From positions 112,468,001-112,532,000 of the forward strand of contig OZ024740.1 in assembly GCA_964016885.1 (NCBI GenBank): a stretch of 64,000 nucleotides of DNA, read 5' to 3'. Shown in pieces: positions 1 through 13,786 of the stretch (the first letter of the stretch is position 1; each line of letters starts with the position of its first letter). A program made the translations under genes and the position numbers. Under the pieces are notes generated by a model. That model had not been told where the DNA came from and searched no databases. It saw only the letters and a program-made list of their open reading frames with translations. The stretch comes from Eledone cirrhosa (Eukaryota).

Positions 1-395
1 AGGGGAAAAATTTGAGCTCAGAACATACAGAGCCCAGAATAGATAACACCAATTCACCACACTCTGGACTGGGATATTACCAACCCTGGAAGGATGAAAA
101 GCAAATTTGATCTCAAGGGTATTTGAACTCAGGGCCAGAGCAACAGTAAAGACAATGCAAAGCATTTCATCAAATGCTGTAGTGATAGGCAATTTGCTAC
201 TTGTATAAACTTGTCTAAATTTATAAACTTCCCTAAATAATTTTAGAAAGATCAAAGGTAAAGTTGACTTCAGTAGGATTTGAACTGAAGAGTGTAGAGA
301 AGCTAAGCAAATGTTGTAAACAAAGCATTTAATCCAATGTGCTATCAACTCTGCCAATTCATCACCTCTATAAATCAATCCAAATTTACAAACTT

Positions 396-670
396 TCCTA
401 AATAAATTTGTCAGAGCTACCCTAAATAATTTTGGCCGAGCTTCTCAAAATAATTTTGGAAGAGCAGCCCTAAATAATTTTAGCTGAGCTTCTCAAAATA
501 ATTTTGTCTGACCTACCCTAAATAATTTTGTCTGAGCTACCCTAATTAATTTTGTCTGAGCTACCCTAAATAATTTTGATTGTGCTTCCCAAAATAATTT
601 TGTCTGAACTACCCTAAATAATTTTGACTGAGCTTCTCTAAATAATTTTGGCTGAGCTTTCCAAAAATTT
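396..670. repeat. 24-bp minisatellite (ctaccctaaataattttgtctgag), about 11 copies
   Basis: Repeated ccctaaataattttg...gagct. The shadow ORF 493..723 shows an 8-aa periodicity. Confidence 0.9.
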
Positions 671-1470
671 TGACCAGTTAGGTTAGTATCAGTCAGTTTA
701 ACCTGTCTGAAAGTATCTTGCAATGATCCTTACTCTAACCTAGCTTTTTATAAACACTTGGTTTATTTTGATTCTAATTATAGTAGAAAACGAGGATACT
801 GTTATACATATGTGTGTGTATATATAGTGTATTTATGTGTTGGATGGCTGTCACTCATGTGGGTATATGTGTGGGATGGCTACCACTCGCATACATATGT
901 ACACTTTATATGTGTGGGATAGTTACAACTCCCACACATACATGCAACCACTATATATATTTATATGCGTGGAATAGCTACCACTCCCACAGCAACAATA
1001 TTTATACTTGTGGGTTAGCAACCATTCCCACACATACACACAGGCACTAGCTACCACTTACACGCCACACACACACATGTACATACACACTATATTGACA
1101 TAAATATATGTGTGTGGTGTGGGTGTGTGGGTATGCACAGAATAGCTATCACTCCTACACAGGAATATAACAAGGAGCTGGACTTTGTTCTTGTTTCAAA
1201 TTCTAGCCTAAACCTCATTGTATTGTGTCTCTGGGCAAATTGAAAAAAAAAAAAGCATTCTTACTCTCTAAGAGTCTTAAAAAGTCAGTCTCCCCAGCTG
1301 GAAAATAGGTACCAGTACCCACTCCACAAATAAACATCTGCCAATAATCTTAAATAAACAGACTTTCAGAATGGTAAATCAGGAGTAAAGTATGTATGTA
1401 AGTGTGTATGTGCACACATGTGTATATGTCTTTATATATATGCATATGTATGTAAGTATGTGTGTGTGTG

Positions 1471-1513
<43 letters not shown>

Positions 1514-2037
1514 GAATGAATGTGTGTATGTGTATCTAAAGAAGTGAAAGGGGGGGGGGGGGCAGGAATAAAGAAAGAAGGAGGGAAAGAAAGGAAGAAT
1601 GTAGTTTTACCAAAAATACATTTAATATGGCGCCTGCAAGTAACATCTGAATGGGGAAACAGGAATTGGAAATTTCCTTTATCTAAGAAACTTGGAATGC
1701 TGCCCAAGTCTTAAAAAATATAAGACATATGTATGTGTTGCATGTGTTTGTTGTGTTCTGCTCACATTGTTATTATTGAGTGAGAGAAGAATATGGTAGG
1801 TAAAAGGATGATTTCTAGCATTACCACTGCTATAGTCAATCCCCAAACCATCTTCACTATGGCTTTACATGATGATGATGTAGCAGGGCAATGGGGGTTG
1901 TGATGATGATAATGACAATGATGATGATGAGGATGATGTTTGTTATGTATGCTGATTTTACAGAAAAGAAAATTTGGTACAGTTAATGGATATATAGTGA
2001 CAATAGTAATAGCAGCAGCAGAAGTAGTAGTAGTAAT

Positions 2038-2078
<41 letters not shown>

Positions 2079-2639
2079 CAGTAGGCTGTATTGTTTATAG
2101 TTGGTCATCATAATGGCAAAAGTACTTTAGTGGTAATAAAATAAAATGCAGGTGCCGGTGGTGGTGGTGGTATAGGTGTAGCTCAGATTTGAGTTATGTG
2201 TAAAGATTTACCTATACTGTACAATAGAATATGTCTGTATAGAGTTTAGCCAACACTGACTGTATGTATTGACAGATATAAACAGCTTGTATATACAATG
2301 TTTTGGGACACAGAGAAAGAAATAGATAGATAAATAAATAGAGAGATTTCTTCTTGCATTTGAGATTATTGCTGTCTCAAGATGTTGTTGTTTGCCTCAT
2401 TGAGATCAGACATCAGTGACTAGTTTCCAGAACCTACCTCAAAGAGGTTGACAACTTGGGTCCCAGAGAGAGACAAGCTCAACAAGTTTCAATCCTATGT
2501 TGGGATTTCATCAATGACTGAGCACTTTCTTTACATTTCTACAGAAATATGACCCAGATTAATATAAGTATTTCATATGTGATGTATTTATATGTGTGTA
2601 TATATATTTATATATATATATATATATATATATGTAATA

Positions 2640-3240
2640 TGTAAGTTCCCAAGTTGTATCTGGTGGTAACCACAGTTAAAAAAGATACTCAATAAGTTGA
2701 TAGAGTATAAGCATCTTTATTATATATAAAAATAACTTCTACAGGACTAGAACTGTTTCATTCATATGAAATTATCTGATGATTTCACATGAATGAAACA
2801 CTTCTAGTCCTGTTGAAGTCATTTCTATATATAATATATTGTTATATTTGGGGGTAGTCATGTTGTTAATTTTGCCAATAAAAAACACATGCACTAGTTG
2901 ACTTTCACTTCAGCTTTATTATTAGTTGTTGGTTATTATGTTAAAAGCTTTTCACCATACATTCTGTGACCTCCAGAACAACATTTCATTCTTTTTTGTG
3001 TCTCCTCTTCTTTCTGGTCTTGTTCTGTTTACTCCATCTTGAAAGAGCTTTGACGAACAAACTAATAACTAATAATTAAGCTGGTGAAAGTAAAAAACTG
3101 CATAGGTTTTTATTGACAAAATTGGTAATATGATTTTTCCTAAATATAACAATATCTGTTTCAACACAGGATTTCACATAATGAATCTACTGATTTCTGA
3201 ATGGTGTTGCTACACTGTTCCTGATGAATATGATTTATAG
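2640..3240. mobile_element. Penelope-like element remnant with inverted repeats (palindrome 2719-2835; arms about 2836-2935 and 3059-3154)
   Basis: Two inverted repeats are visible, with a CTGATGA...GAAAC hammerhead-like core at 2776-2799. Related pieces occur at about 6655-6710, 23015-23075, 30155-30215 and 32935-33000. Class assignment is inferred. Confidence 0.5.
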
Positions 3241-3882
3241 TATGTAGTTGATCATAAGGTTACAGTGCTTACTATACTGGGTTGAATTGTCAGAGTTATT
3301 AGTGTGTTGGATTAAACTGCTGTATGAGATTAGTTGGCATTAAGAAGAGCATCCATTCATAGAAACCCTTGCCAAAATGGAACATATTTGAAGAAGATAT
3401 GATCATCCCGCCCATCTATGTGGAGAGTAGCGCTGATAAAGTAATGACTTGGTCTGTAATGACCTGTCCAACCCATGCCAACATGGAAAGATGAACATGA
3501 AACGATGGATGATACATATAAAGAGATTTGCTTTACAATACTAAGGTCCCATGTGTGACATCATGGATGTGTGTCATTTATCATAGCCTCAGGTCAACAC
3601 AAGCCTTGGATATATGGAATCTATTTGCATACTGTGTCATGCTGAATCTCCCTGAAAAATTACCTTAAGCATATACATATCAATAGAATGTCCAGCCATT
3701 TACATATTAATTTCTTAAGCAGGATGTTCTGTTGATCAAACATTTGAAATACTCATTGTCGAAATCAATGATGGTCCATTCCTTATATATATATAGATAT
3801 AATGTACAAAGAAGGTGTGATAAGATACCAGGTGGACCATAATGCACCAGAGTACTCGATACTTAGGGTAGTAGAGTGGGTA

Positions 3883-3998
3883 ATAGGAAAAGAGTCAGGA
3901 CCCCGACATACTGAGCTCTGGCCGTTTCAACAGCTAGATCCAAACTAGCTGTCGAAACGACCAGAGTTCAGCTGTCGGGGTCCTGACTCTTTTCCTAT
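3883..3998. repeat. ~116-bp palindrome, probable Penelope-type inverted terminal repeat
   Basis: ataggaaaagagtcaggaccccgaca ... tgtcggggtcctgactcttttcctat with near-complete pairing and a 7-nt loop (atccaaa). Confidence 0.85.
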
Positions 3999-4058
3999 AT
4001 ATAATGTATATATGTGTGTCTGTATGTATGTGCTTATGTCAAATATGTATATATATGT

Positions 4059-5787
4059 ATGCAGTTTGTGTTTGTGTCAGGGAAAAGTACCACAGACGCC
4101 CTTTTCCTTGTATGACAACTACAGGAGAAGTACCTCGCTAAAAGTAAACCCCTATACTTAGCTTTTGTTGACTTGGAGAAAGCATGTGACAGAGTCCCCC
4201 GCGCCATTATCTGGTGGGCCCTTAGAAAACTAGGGGTTGATGAATGGCTTGTGAGAGCTATACAAGCCATGTACAAAGAAACAGTCAGCAAGGTTAGAAT
4301 TAACAACGAATATAGTGAAGAGTTTAGTGTAAAAGTTGGTGTTCATCAGGGCTCTGTTCTTAGCCCTCTCTTATTTATTATTTCCCTTCAGGCTATAACA
4401 GAGGAGTTCAAGACCAGCTGCCCATGGGAACTTCTCTATGCAGATGATCTAACGCTAATAGCTGAATCGATGGCTGAACTAGAGAAGAAATTCCAAACAT
4501 GGAAGCATAGCCTAGAATCAAAAGGCCTTAAAGTTAACTTGTCTAATACTAAAGTTCTAGTATGTAGGAAGCAAAATAGGGCACAGGTCCCCTCTTGGAA
4601 ATGGCCATGCTCAGTGTGTAGGAAAGGAGTAGGCAGAAATTCCATTTTATGTCCCAAATGCAAAGTATGGGTGCATAAAAGATGTAGTGGGATCACAGGT
4701 AAGCTATCTAAGAACGTAGATTTTATATGTGGCCGGTGCTCAGGTGCAATAAGTAGCAAGTGCCCAGAGGATACTAACTCCTTCTATTGCCCAGATGGCT
4801 CTATAGAAATAGTGGATACCTTCCGTTACCTGGGTGACAAAATCAGCAGTGGTGGAGGGTGCTCAGAAAGTACAGTAGCCAGAGTCAGAACAGGATGGAA
4901 AAAGTTCAGAGAGCTTATACCACTATTGGCCGCTAAAGGTTTCTCTCCAAAAATGAAAGGCAGACTGTATGATGGCTGCATACGAACAGCAATGTTACAT
5001 GGCAGTGAGACATGGACATTATGTGCAGAGGATCTGCGCAGACTGGAGAGGAACGAAGTATGCATGCTCTGCTGGATGTGTAATAGTAATATACGTGAAC
5101 AGCAAAGCATAAATGAACTAAGTGAGAAATTAGATATAAGAGGGATCAGATGCTGTTTACTCGAGAGAAGACTACGTTGGTATGGTCACGTGATGCGCAT
5201 GAAAGACGTCAGCTGTATAAAAAAGTGCAGGGTGATCAAAATTGACGGACGTTACAGAGTAGGCAGATTCAGAAAAACCTGGGACAATTTGATAAATGCC
5301 GACCTTACACACTTACACTTCTCTAAGACAATGTCACTGGACAGAGATCTTTGGCGCTACACAGTAATACAGAAGACCCGCCTTGCCTAATTAAAAAGCG
5401 AAACCTACAGTCAGTAGGCACCTCTTAATCAAATATACACCCTGATCCCACTACCCCAACTCCCTCACCCCCATCAACACCACCCCTTTTTCTGTAAAGT
5501 TATGTTGGTACCACAACAACCAGTCCTAAATAAATGAGGTCGTGTAGGTTTCACGACAAAAAAACACACAGTCCACGCTGTAATGTGGCCGTGTAGGTAA
5601 CACGGTAAAAACCTCCCAGTCCACACTGTAAACGTGGTTGGTGTTAGGGAGGGAATCCAGCCATAGAAAACCTGCCAGACAGTCCTATACGAGTGAGATG
5701 ACCAATCTTGCCTCAAGTGGGACAATTCCCGTCTAAACCCTTGCTAGCGTGGAAGATAGACGTTAAACGATGATGATGATGATGATA
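4059..5787 (+). mobile_element. 5'-truncated RTE-clade LINE (subfamily B); RT-PHD-C-terminal ORF 4173-5390
   Basis: RT motifs DLEKA.D, QGSVLSP, YADD and YLG; RTE-type C-terminus RRLRWYGHV.R...DR..WR; 3'UTR and (GAT)n tail. Confidence 0.95.
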
Positions 5788-5824
5788 TGTGCTTACATCA
5801 TATATATATGTATGTGCTTACATC

Positions 5825-5856
<32 letters not shown>

Positions 5857-7557
5857 ATGTATATATTTGATTGTGTTTGTGTGTGTATGTATGTGCTTAT
5901 ATCATGTAACAATGACCCAGTTTAGATTGAGGTTCTATTATAGAAAGAAAATATCTGTAGATGTCTGCTGTAGTTTACTTAGGAGCACAGCAGTTTTACT
6001 AGTGTAAATGGAGAGAAGAAAAATAACTGAAACCATGTCTGCTATGTTAAATATGTGGCTTAGTACAAATAGTTTGTAATGGCTAGAAGACTTGTTAGAT
6101 CAAGAGGTGATTCTACCTACACAAGCCACTAAAATCCACAAGCTATAATTTAAGTTTAAATTTGTAAACCTGTCTAAGCCATTGCTATTGCTATAATGAG
6201 GAGGTACCTGTAAAATATGTATGTATGTGTGTGTGTGTGTAGTGTCAAGGACATGACACCCTCCCTAGTGCTGGTGCTCTACACAATAAAAGCACCCTGT
6301 ACATGATGTAAGGTGGTTGGTATTAGGAAGGTCACCCAGCCATAGAAAGTTTGCCAAATAAGGGGTTAGGAGGACCCTTCAGTTTGTGTTAAAAGACATG
6401 ACATCTTCTCCCCTGCACTCGATGTGACCATACGTAACTGGGATACCGACCCCCTGGCCTGTCTGGGATGTCAGTAGCCCATCTTCAGTACTGGCTTGGT
6501 CTATGTAGTCCTGTCTAACCCTTACTAGCAGGGAAAGAGGACATTAAATGCTGTGTGTATGTATGTATGTATGTGTATCATCATTTAACATCTGTTTTCT
6601 ATGATGATAGTGATATATACACATATATAGAGGTCTGTATGTGTAATTTATTTAATATAGAAATGACTTGTACAAGACTAGAACTGTTTCATTCATTTGT
6701 GATGATTTCAAATGTATTGAACTGTGGTTCTCTTCTGTTCTTCTAAAGATAACTATAAATACATATATATATATTGCCAAACAAAGGGTTGGGAGGAAAT
6801 TTCAATTGTGTCAAGGACAGGAAAAGCTCCTTAGCATTTGGTGATTTACACAATAAATACACCCACTACATACTGTAAATTGGTTGGTGATAGGAAGGGC
6901 ATCCAGCTGTAGAAAGCTTGCCAAACAAAGGGTCAAGAGGACCCTTCAGTCGTGTCAAGGACATGACAGTGCCCTAGTGTTTGATGACTTACACAATAAA
7001 CACCGAATTCACACTGTAAAGTGGTTGGTGGTAGGAAGGCGTCCTGCCATAGAAAGTGTGCCCAATAGGGATTACATCTCATATACTTCCTAGTTTTGGC
7101 ATGACTTATATTGTTGGATGCCCTTCCTTATACTATTCTCATTTGTCTGCGCTACACCTATACCACCACCGGCTCCACCACCGGCACCTGCACTTTACTA
7201 CCATTTAAGTACTTTTGCCATTACAATGACCATTTATAAAACAATATAGCCTAGTGACTACTTAACACAGCTGAAAAGTTTTCTCACATTTTTGGTTGAA
7301 TACCCTTCCTGACATCAACCACTTTACAGAGTATACTGGATGCATTTTATCAAGGCACCAGTGTTAGAGAAGTTGTCAGGTCATTGACTTAACTGAAGGA
7401 TGTTTCTTCACCTATATATATAATTTGTATAAGTGGGATAATTCCCATCTAAACCCATGCTAAGGAAGATAGACGTTAAACTATGATGATGATGATACAT
7501 ATGTAAATTTATATTTGTATACATATGTAAATTATACATGTGTATGTCTGTATATAC

Positions 7558-7594
<37 letters not shown>

Positions 7595-8416
7595 TGTATA
7601 TATAGTATATTTGGCAATATACTGTATATATATATTATAGACAAGATAATATGAGTATTGGAAATGTAGAAGATGGCAGTGATTTCATAAATTTGATAAA
7701 CTGTATGTGAGAGCCTGAGAGAAAGAACAGCTAGTAGAGAGAGAGGGGGAGAGAGAAATAGAGAGTAATGAACGAAAGATGAAATGGAGAAAGGAAAAGA
7801 GTTATATAATAAATTTGATAGTGTGAGTGAAGAGAGTGGAGAGGGGGTGGAGAAATGAGGATGATATATGTATGTGACATAAAGCAAAAGGAACTATTAG
7901 AGAGGAGAAGGAGGAGCAGAATGTAATAAGATTTGATATGGAGAGAGAGGGGTAGGGAAAAGGAGATATAGTAAAATGGGAGAATTATTGGAAAGATAAT
8001 AAATTTGATAAAATTGGATTTGGGTGAATGTGAAGGCTAAATTAAATTAAATGGGTGAAAGAGAAGATGTGGGAGAGGTGAAGAGAAATACTGAGATCTG
8101 AAGTGTTTGTTTGTATGTGTAGTTAGTGTGGTGGGGGTTCTGTTGTGATTTTGGACCACCATGTAATAAGTTAGGTGAGTAGTGGGAGTAGTATTTAGCA
8201 GAGGAAGAGGAGAGTGGGATATCTCCCAACATTAAGTTGAAGGAGATTTATGATAAAAGGAGAGGTGTGTGTGTTTTGTACATGCACCCCCCCCCATCTA
8301 TACACAAACACACACACATATACATACATACATATATGATCATCATCAGCGTTTTTACGGCCATTTTTTTCACGCTTGCATGGGTCAGCATATATATATA
8401 TATATATTTATCTATC

Positions 8417-8447
<31 letters not shown>

Positions 8448-8511
8448 ATTTCAACAGCATTCTAATCAAAATGTGTATACATTTTGGGGGGACACCCTAT
8501 ATATATATATA

Positions 8512-8840
8512 TATTCAAATCAACAGACAGCGAAAGACGCGTTCCGAATTGTCCGACAGACAACCTTTTCCCCCACCCCGGAAAAAACCCCAGTTGATGG
8601 ATGTGAATCCGAAATATATAGGGACTATTAAATCTCTCCCAAGGTAACTCTCTCTTGTGTTGTTATTATTATTTTTATTCTTTTACTCTTCCCTTCATTC
8701 TACACATCTCACACATCTTATACACACCACGCTTCTCAACGTACACCCACTTACATATCTCTCTCTCCACCACCGGACCTTGTTACCCGGAGATTTACCC
8801 ATTTGCATTGTCGAGGCTTCCAAACGACTTATAAATATTT
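8512..8840 (+). mobile_element. Probable Penelope-like terminal fragment in a (TA)n tract, with a variant hammerhead-like motif at 8588-8623
   Basis: Relatively GC-richer insert flanked by TA microsatellite. Motif reads ccc-cagttga-t-gga-tgtgaa-tcc-gaaa-tata-ta-ggg. Confidence 0.4.
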
Positions 8841-9220
8841 ATATATATATATATACTTACAGTAAACATGTTGACTAATGATGCAATTTGATGTAAGCAC
8901 TCAACGTCATGTATTTTCTTCCAAATATGATTTGTCAGTCAGTGACAGAGTATATGTTAACAAAGCTGTGATACATATTTCAATGATGGTCCTGGTCGTG
9001 GGATTGTTTAATCATACAACCAAACACGCAATATCATCAGACATCATCTTATGTAACAAGGTTACATTTCCAAGGCAATCTAATCTAAAGACAAGGGAAT
9101 GGACAGAAATGATGATTTCATAGCCAAAGTATTGGGTCGTCAAGTATGGAATTTGTAGAAGCTTGTAGAAAAAAAAACAAATTTCTACAAATTTCATACT
9201 TGACGAATATATGTATCTAT

Positions 9221-9258
<38 letters not shown>

Positions 9259-11685
9259 GGTGGAAGAAGGAAGAAAGTATATGGAGATATCCCAGAAAAG
9301 AAATTATATAATTATATCAGTTGGACAGTTAGACAGTTAGGCAAATATTTATTGATTTCTCATTTCTGGCTGCTATATCTCTGAATGTGTGTCTGTTTAT
9401 GTGTGTGTAAGTGTTGGTATGTATGTGTGTGTGTATGTCTGCTGGTGTACATATATATATATATATATATACATACATACTGCAAAGTAGTCATGTAGGT
9501 GTCATGACAACAAGCACATACAGTAAATGTGGTTGGCGTTAGGAAGGGCATCAAGTCATTGAAACCAATGTGTGTGTATGTGTGCATGATCATACTATTG
9601 TGTGTTTGTGTTTGTGCACATTTTTACTCTTTTTCTGTGTATATTTGTATGTGCATGTTTGTACTTTCGTGTGTGTGTGTATTTCTACCCTTATCTCTAT
9701 GTGTCTGTAAATGTAGGTGTGCATGTTTGTACCTGTGTGTGTGTTTATGATTATGTGTACATGTTTCTACACATGTGTGTCTGTATGCATGAGTTTTTCA
9801 TTGTTTAGTGCTGTATGTTAGTGTGTTGTATATAAAAATAACTTCAAACATACATTTGATGGGCAGAACCCAGGGATGTTCCTACGTTTTATCTTTGTTT
9901 CCTTATTCAACTCTTTTTATATCTACCCAGCTAAAAACCACCTCTGGTTCCATGCAGCAAAATCACCCATTTTAAAGGGTTCCTATCTAACCATTTTGAT
10001 ATCAACCCGGTTAAATGTTACTCTGGTTCTATGAATCAAAACCACCAATTTTAAAAAGTTCCTATTAAATTAAAATCTTCCAATTTATTGTTATATAAGT
10101 ACCATATGTTGAGTTAATATTGTAGTAATGAAATAATTAATAATTCTTAGTAAATCTCTCAAAATTCTTCATAAACCTTTTGGAAACCAGCCTAGTCAAA
10201 AACCAGCTATGGTTCTATGAAACAAAACCACCTATTTTATATAAGTACCATATGTTAGGTTACTATTTTAGTAATGCAATAATTAATTATTTTAGTAAAT
10301 CCTTCGCAATTCTTCACCAATTAATTGAAATTGTGTGTATTCCATTAGAAATGCAGTCATGAAAGGATTAATGTGTATGTTATGTAGCTGATGGTGTATT
10401 AATGCTTGTGTATATACATTAAACACTCTCATATGTGCACACATATCCATCGATGAGCCCTGAACTCTTGATGAAGTTGTAGGAGGTGCCACCATGACAT
10501 ATGGTGGTATGGGTTATGCAATTCTACCAGGCAGAACACAATCTCTCCAGACATGAACATAGCTAATTTCTTCCAATGAAAGAGAGAGAATGAGAAAGAG
10601 ATAAAGAGAAAGGATCGACCCCAGTATTGGACTGGTACTTGATAACTCAAAGGATGAAAGTCTAAGTTGACCTTGACAGGATATAAATTGAAAATACAGG
10701 GGGCTAGAACAAATACTGTAAAATATTCAACCCAACATTCTAACAAACAGAGAAAAGCGAACATAAAAATGATGATGATGATGATGATACTTCAGAAAAG
10801 TAAATTGAATTCCCTGAAGAGGATTAGTAAACATTCATCTATTGTAGCTATGTTGCAAGAAAATATATAAATCAGCTTATATATTTACTTTATTATAATT
10901 ATTGTGGTTAGTGTTAGGAAGGGCACCTAGCCATAGAAACAAAGCCAGAAACAGTTCTGTATAAGCAAGACATGATCATCTGAGCTGACTTGTCTCACAA
11001 AGGGACAACTCGCCTAACCCATGCTAGCGTAGAAAAGTGAATGTTAAATGATGGTGATGATGATGACGAGTTCTTCCTCCTTTGTGGACTACTAAGATCA
11101 ATAGATCAGAACCCAGTATATATATATATATATCATTGTGTATATGTGCATCTGTATGTAATATCTAAGATAATCAATCATTAGAGTTTTATTGCAATGT
11201 TGTGTTAGTTCAATCTCACTAGTGACCCACAGAGAGTGGTGTTGCAGTTGATGGTCACTTCCAATATCTCTGAGTTGTTGGCCACATGAGAGTCAAGAGG
11301 TAAAGATATATGACTTCTGTTGTATACTTTGAAAGCTGTCAAAGACTGTAGCAGTTGTCAGGGACTCTCTTTGCTATGGCTAGCTACTGAATTTGTATGT
11401 GATTTTGTGTGAGTGTGTAGATATGCCATCATGGAAAGTAGACATAAAATGATGATGATGATGATGACATGCATCATAAGTTCATCTATGGTTGACTGGG
11501 AGAATGCTTGCCTGCTCTGTGTTTGTGTGTGTATATATGTATCCTGTAACTTAGCAGTTTACCAAAAAGTGATTGATAAAATAAGTATCAATTGATATGA
11601 TTGGCTAAAATCCCTTTGAAGTAGTGCCCCAGTATGACTTTAGTCTAATGACTGAATCAAGTAAAAGAATGTGTGTGGTAAATAT

Positions 11686-13717
11686 GCAAAGTCGTACAGA
11701 ATGGGGTTGTTCCGAAGGACTGGCGTAGCAGCATCATCGTTAACTGCTATAAGGGAAAAGGAGATGCCCTAGATAGGAGTAACTATAGAGGCATTAAATT
11801 AATCGACCAGGTCATGAAGGTCACGGAAAAAGTAATAGTGCAACTAATCAGAGAGAGAATTGATCTAGATGAAATGCAGTTCGGATTTGTGTCAGGCAAA
11901 AGTACCACAGACGCTCTTTTCATTGTACGACAACTACAGGAGAAGTACCTAGCTAAAAGTAAACCCCTATACTTAGCTTTCATCGACTTGAAGAAAGCCT
12001 TCGACAGAGTCCCCCGTTCCATTATCTGGTGGTCTCTTAGAAAACTAGGTGTTGACGAATGGCTTGTGAGAGCTATACAAGCCATGTATAAAGAAACAGT
12101 CAGTAAGATTAGAATTAACAACGAATATAGTGAAGAGTTTAGCGTAAAAGTTGGTGTCCATCAGGGCTCTGTTCTTAGCCCCCTACTATTTATTATTGCC
12201 CTTCAGGCTATAACAGAGGAGTTCAAGACCGGCTGCCCATGGGAACTCCTATACGCAGATGATCTAACGCTCATAGCTGAATCAATGACCGAACTAGAGA
12301 AGAAATTCCAAACATGGAAGCACGGCCTAGAATCAAAAGGCCTTAAAATTAACCTGGCTAAGACTAAAGTTCTAGTTTGTAGGAAAGAAAATATGGCGGC
12401 AGTCCCATCTGGGAAATGGCCATGCTCAGTGTGTAGGAAAGGCGTAGGTAGAAACTCCATTTTATGTCCCAAATGCAAAGTATGGGTGCATAAAAGATGT
12501 AGTGGGATCACAGGTAAGCTAACTAAGAACATAGATTTTACATGTGGCCGGTGCTCTGGTGCAATAAGTAGCAGCAAGTGCCCACAAAATACTAGCTCAT
12601 TCCATTGCACAGATGGTTCTATAGAAATAGTGGACAGCTTCCGTTACCTGGGTGACAAAATCAGCAGTGGGGAGGGTGCTCTGAAAGTACAGTAGCTAGA
12701 GTCAGAACTGGATGGAAAAAGTTCAGAGAGCTTATACCACTATTAGCCGCTAGACGGTTCTCCCTAAAAATGAAAGGCAGGTTATACGATGCCTGCATAC
12801 GAACAGCAATGCTGCATGGCAGTGAGACCTGGGCATTGTGTGCAGAGGATATACGCAGACTAGAGAGGAACGAAGCTTGCATGCTCCGCTGGATGTGCAA
12901 TAGTAATATACGTGAACGGCAAAGCATAAACGAACTAAGGAAAAAATTAGAAATAAGAGGGATCAGATGTTGTTTACTCGAGAGAAGGCTACGTTGGTAC
13001 GGTCACGTGATGCGCATGAAAGACGACAGCTGTATAACAAAGTGCAGGGCAATAAAGATAGACGGTAGCCACGGAGTAGGCAGACCCAGAAAAACATGGG
13101 ACGAGCTGATAAATTCCGACCTCACACGCTTACACCTCTCCAAGACAATGTCACTGGACCGAGACCTTTGGCGGTACTCAGTAATAGAGAAGACCCGCCT
13201 TACCTAAATACAAAGTAAAAACCTACTACAGTCAGTAGGCATCTCTATCAAAACACCCCCCATCCCACCACCTCCACCCCATCCACACCGCCCCTTTCAA
13301 TGTACAGTTATGTTGGTCCCACAACATCCAGGCCAAAACAAATGAGATCGTGTAGGTGTCACGACAAAAAACACACAGTTCACGCTGTAAATGTGGCCGT
13401 GTAGGCAACACGGTAAAAACCTCCCAGCCCCACACTGTAAATGTGGTTGGTGTTAGGAAGGGCATCCAGCTGTAGAAAACCCGCCAGACAGTCCACGCTG
13501 TAATGTGGCCGTGTAGGCAACACGGTAAAAACCTCCCAGCCCCACACTGTAAATGTGGTTGGTGTTAGGAAGGGCATCCAACTGTAGAAAACCCGCCAGA
13601 CAGTCCTATGCAAGCAAGACAACCACTCTTGCCTCAAGTGGGAAAACCCCCGTCCAAACCCATGCAAGCGTGGAACACGGACGCTAAACCTGATGATGAT
13701 GATGATGATGATGATGA
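11686..13717 (+). mobile_element. 5'-truncated RTE LINE (subfamily B) with a 1-nt frameshift near 12670 and a duplicated 3'UTR block
   Basis: ORFs 11814-12695 and 12770-13207 are consecutive parts of the same RT protein (agtggggaggg versus agtggtggaggg in the 4-kb copy). The ~113-bp 3'UTR block is duplicated at 13381-13600. Ends in (GAT)n. Confidence 0.95.
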
Positions 13718-13786
13718 TAGTTTACCTGTCATATTTATATATTTCCATGTAAATTGAAATAATGAGCATCCTTAAATAATGTTTGA

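Noticed and set aside
2438-2538. Possible minus-strand exons with good splice signals (also 21651-21734 and about 39215-39392)
   Set aside because: Stops in all or most frames and no recognisable protein. Such signals are expected by chance in 64 kb, though lncRNA exons cannot be excluded.
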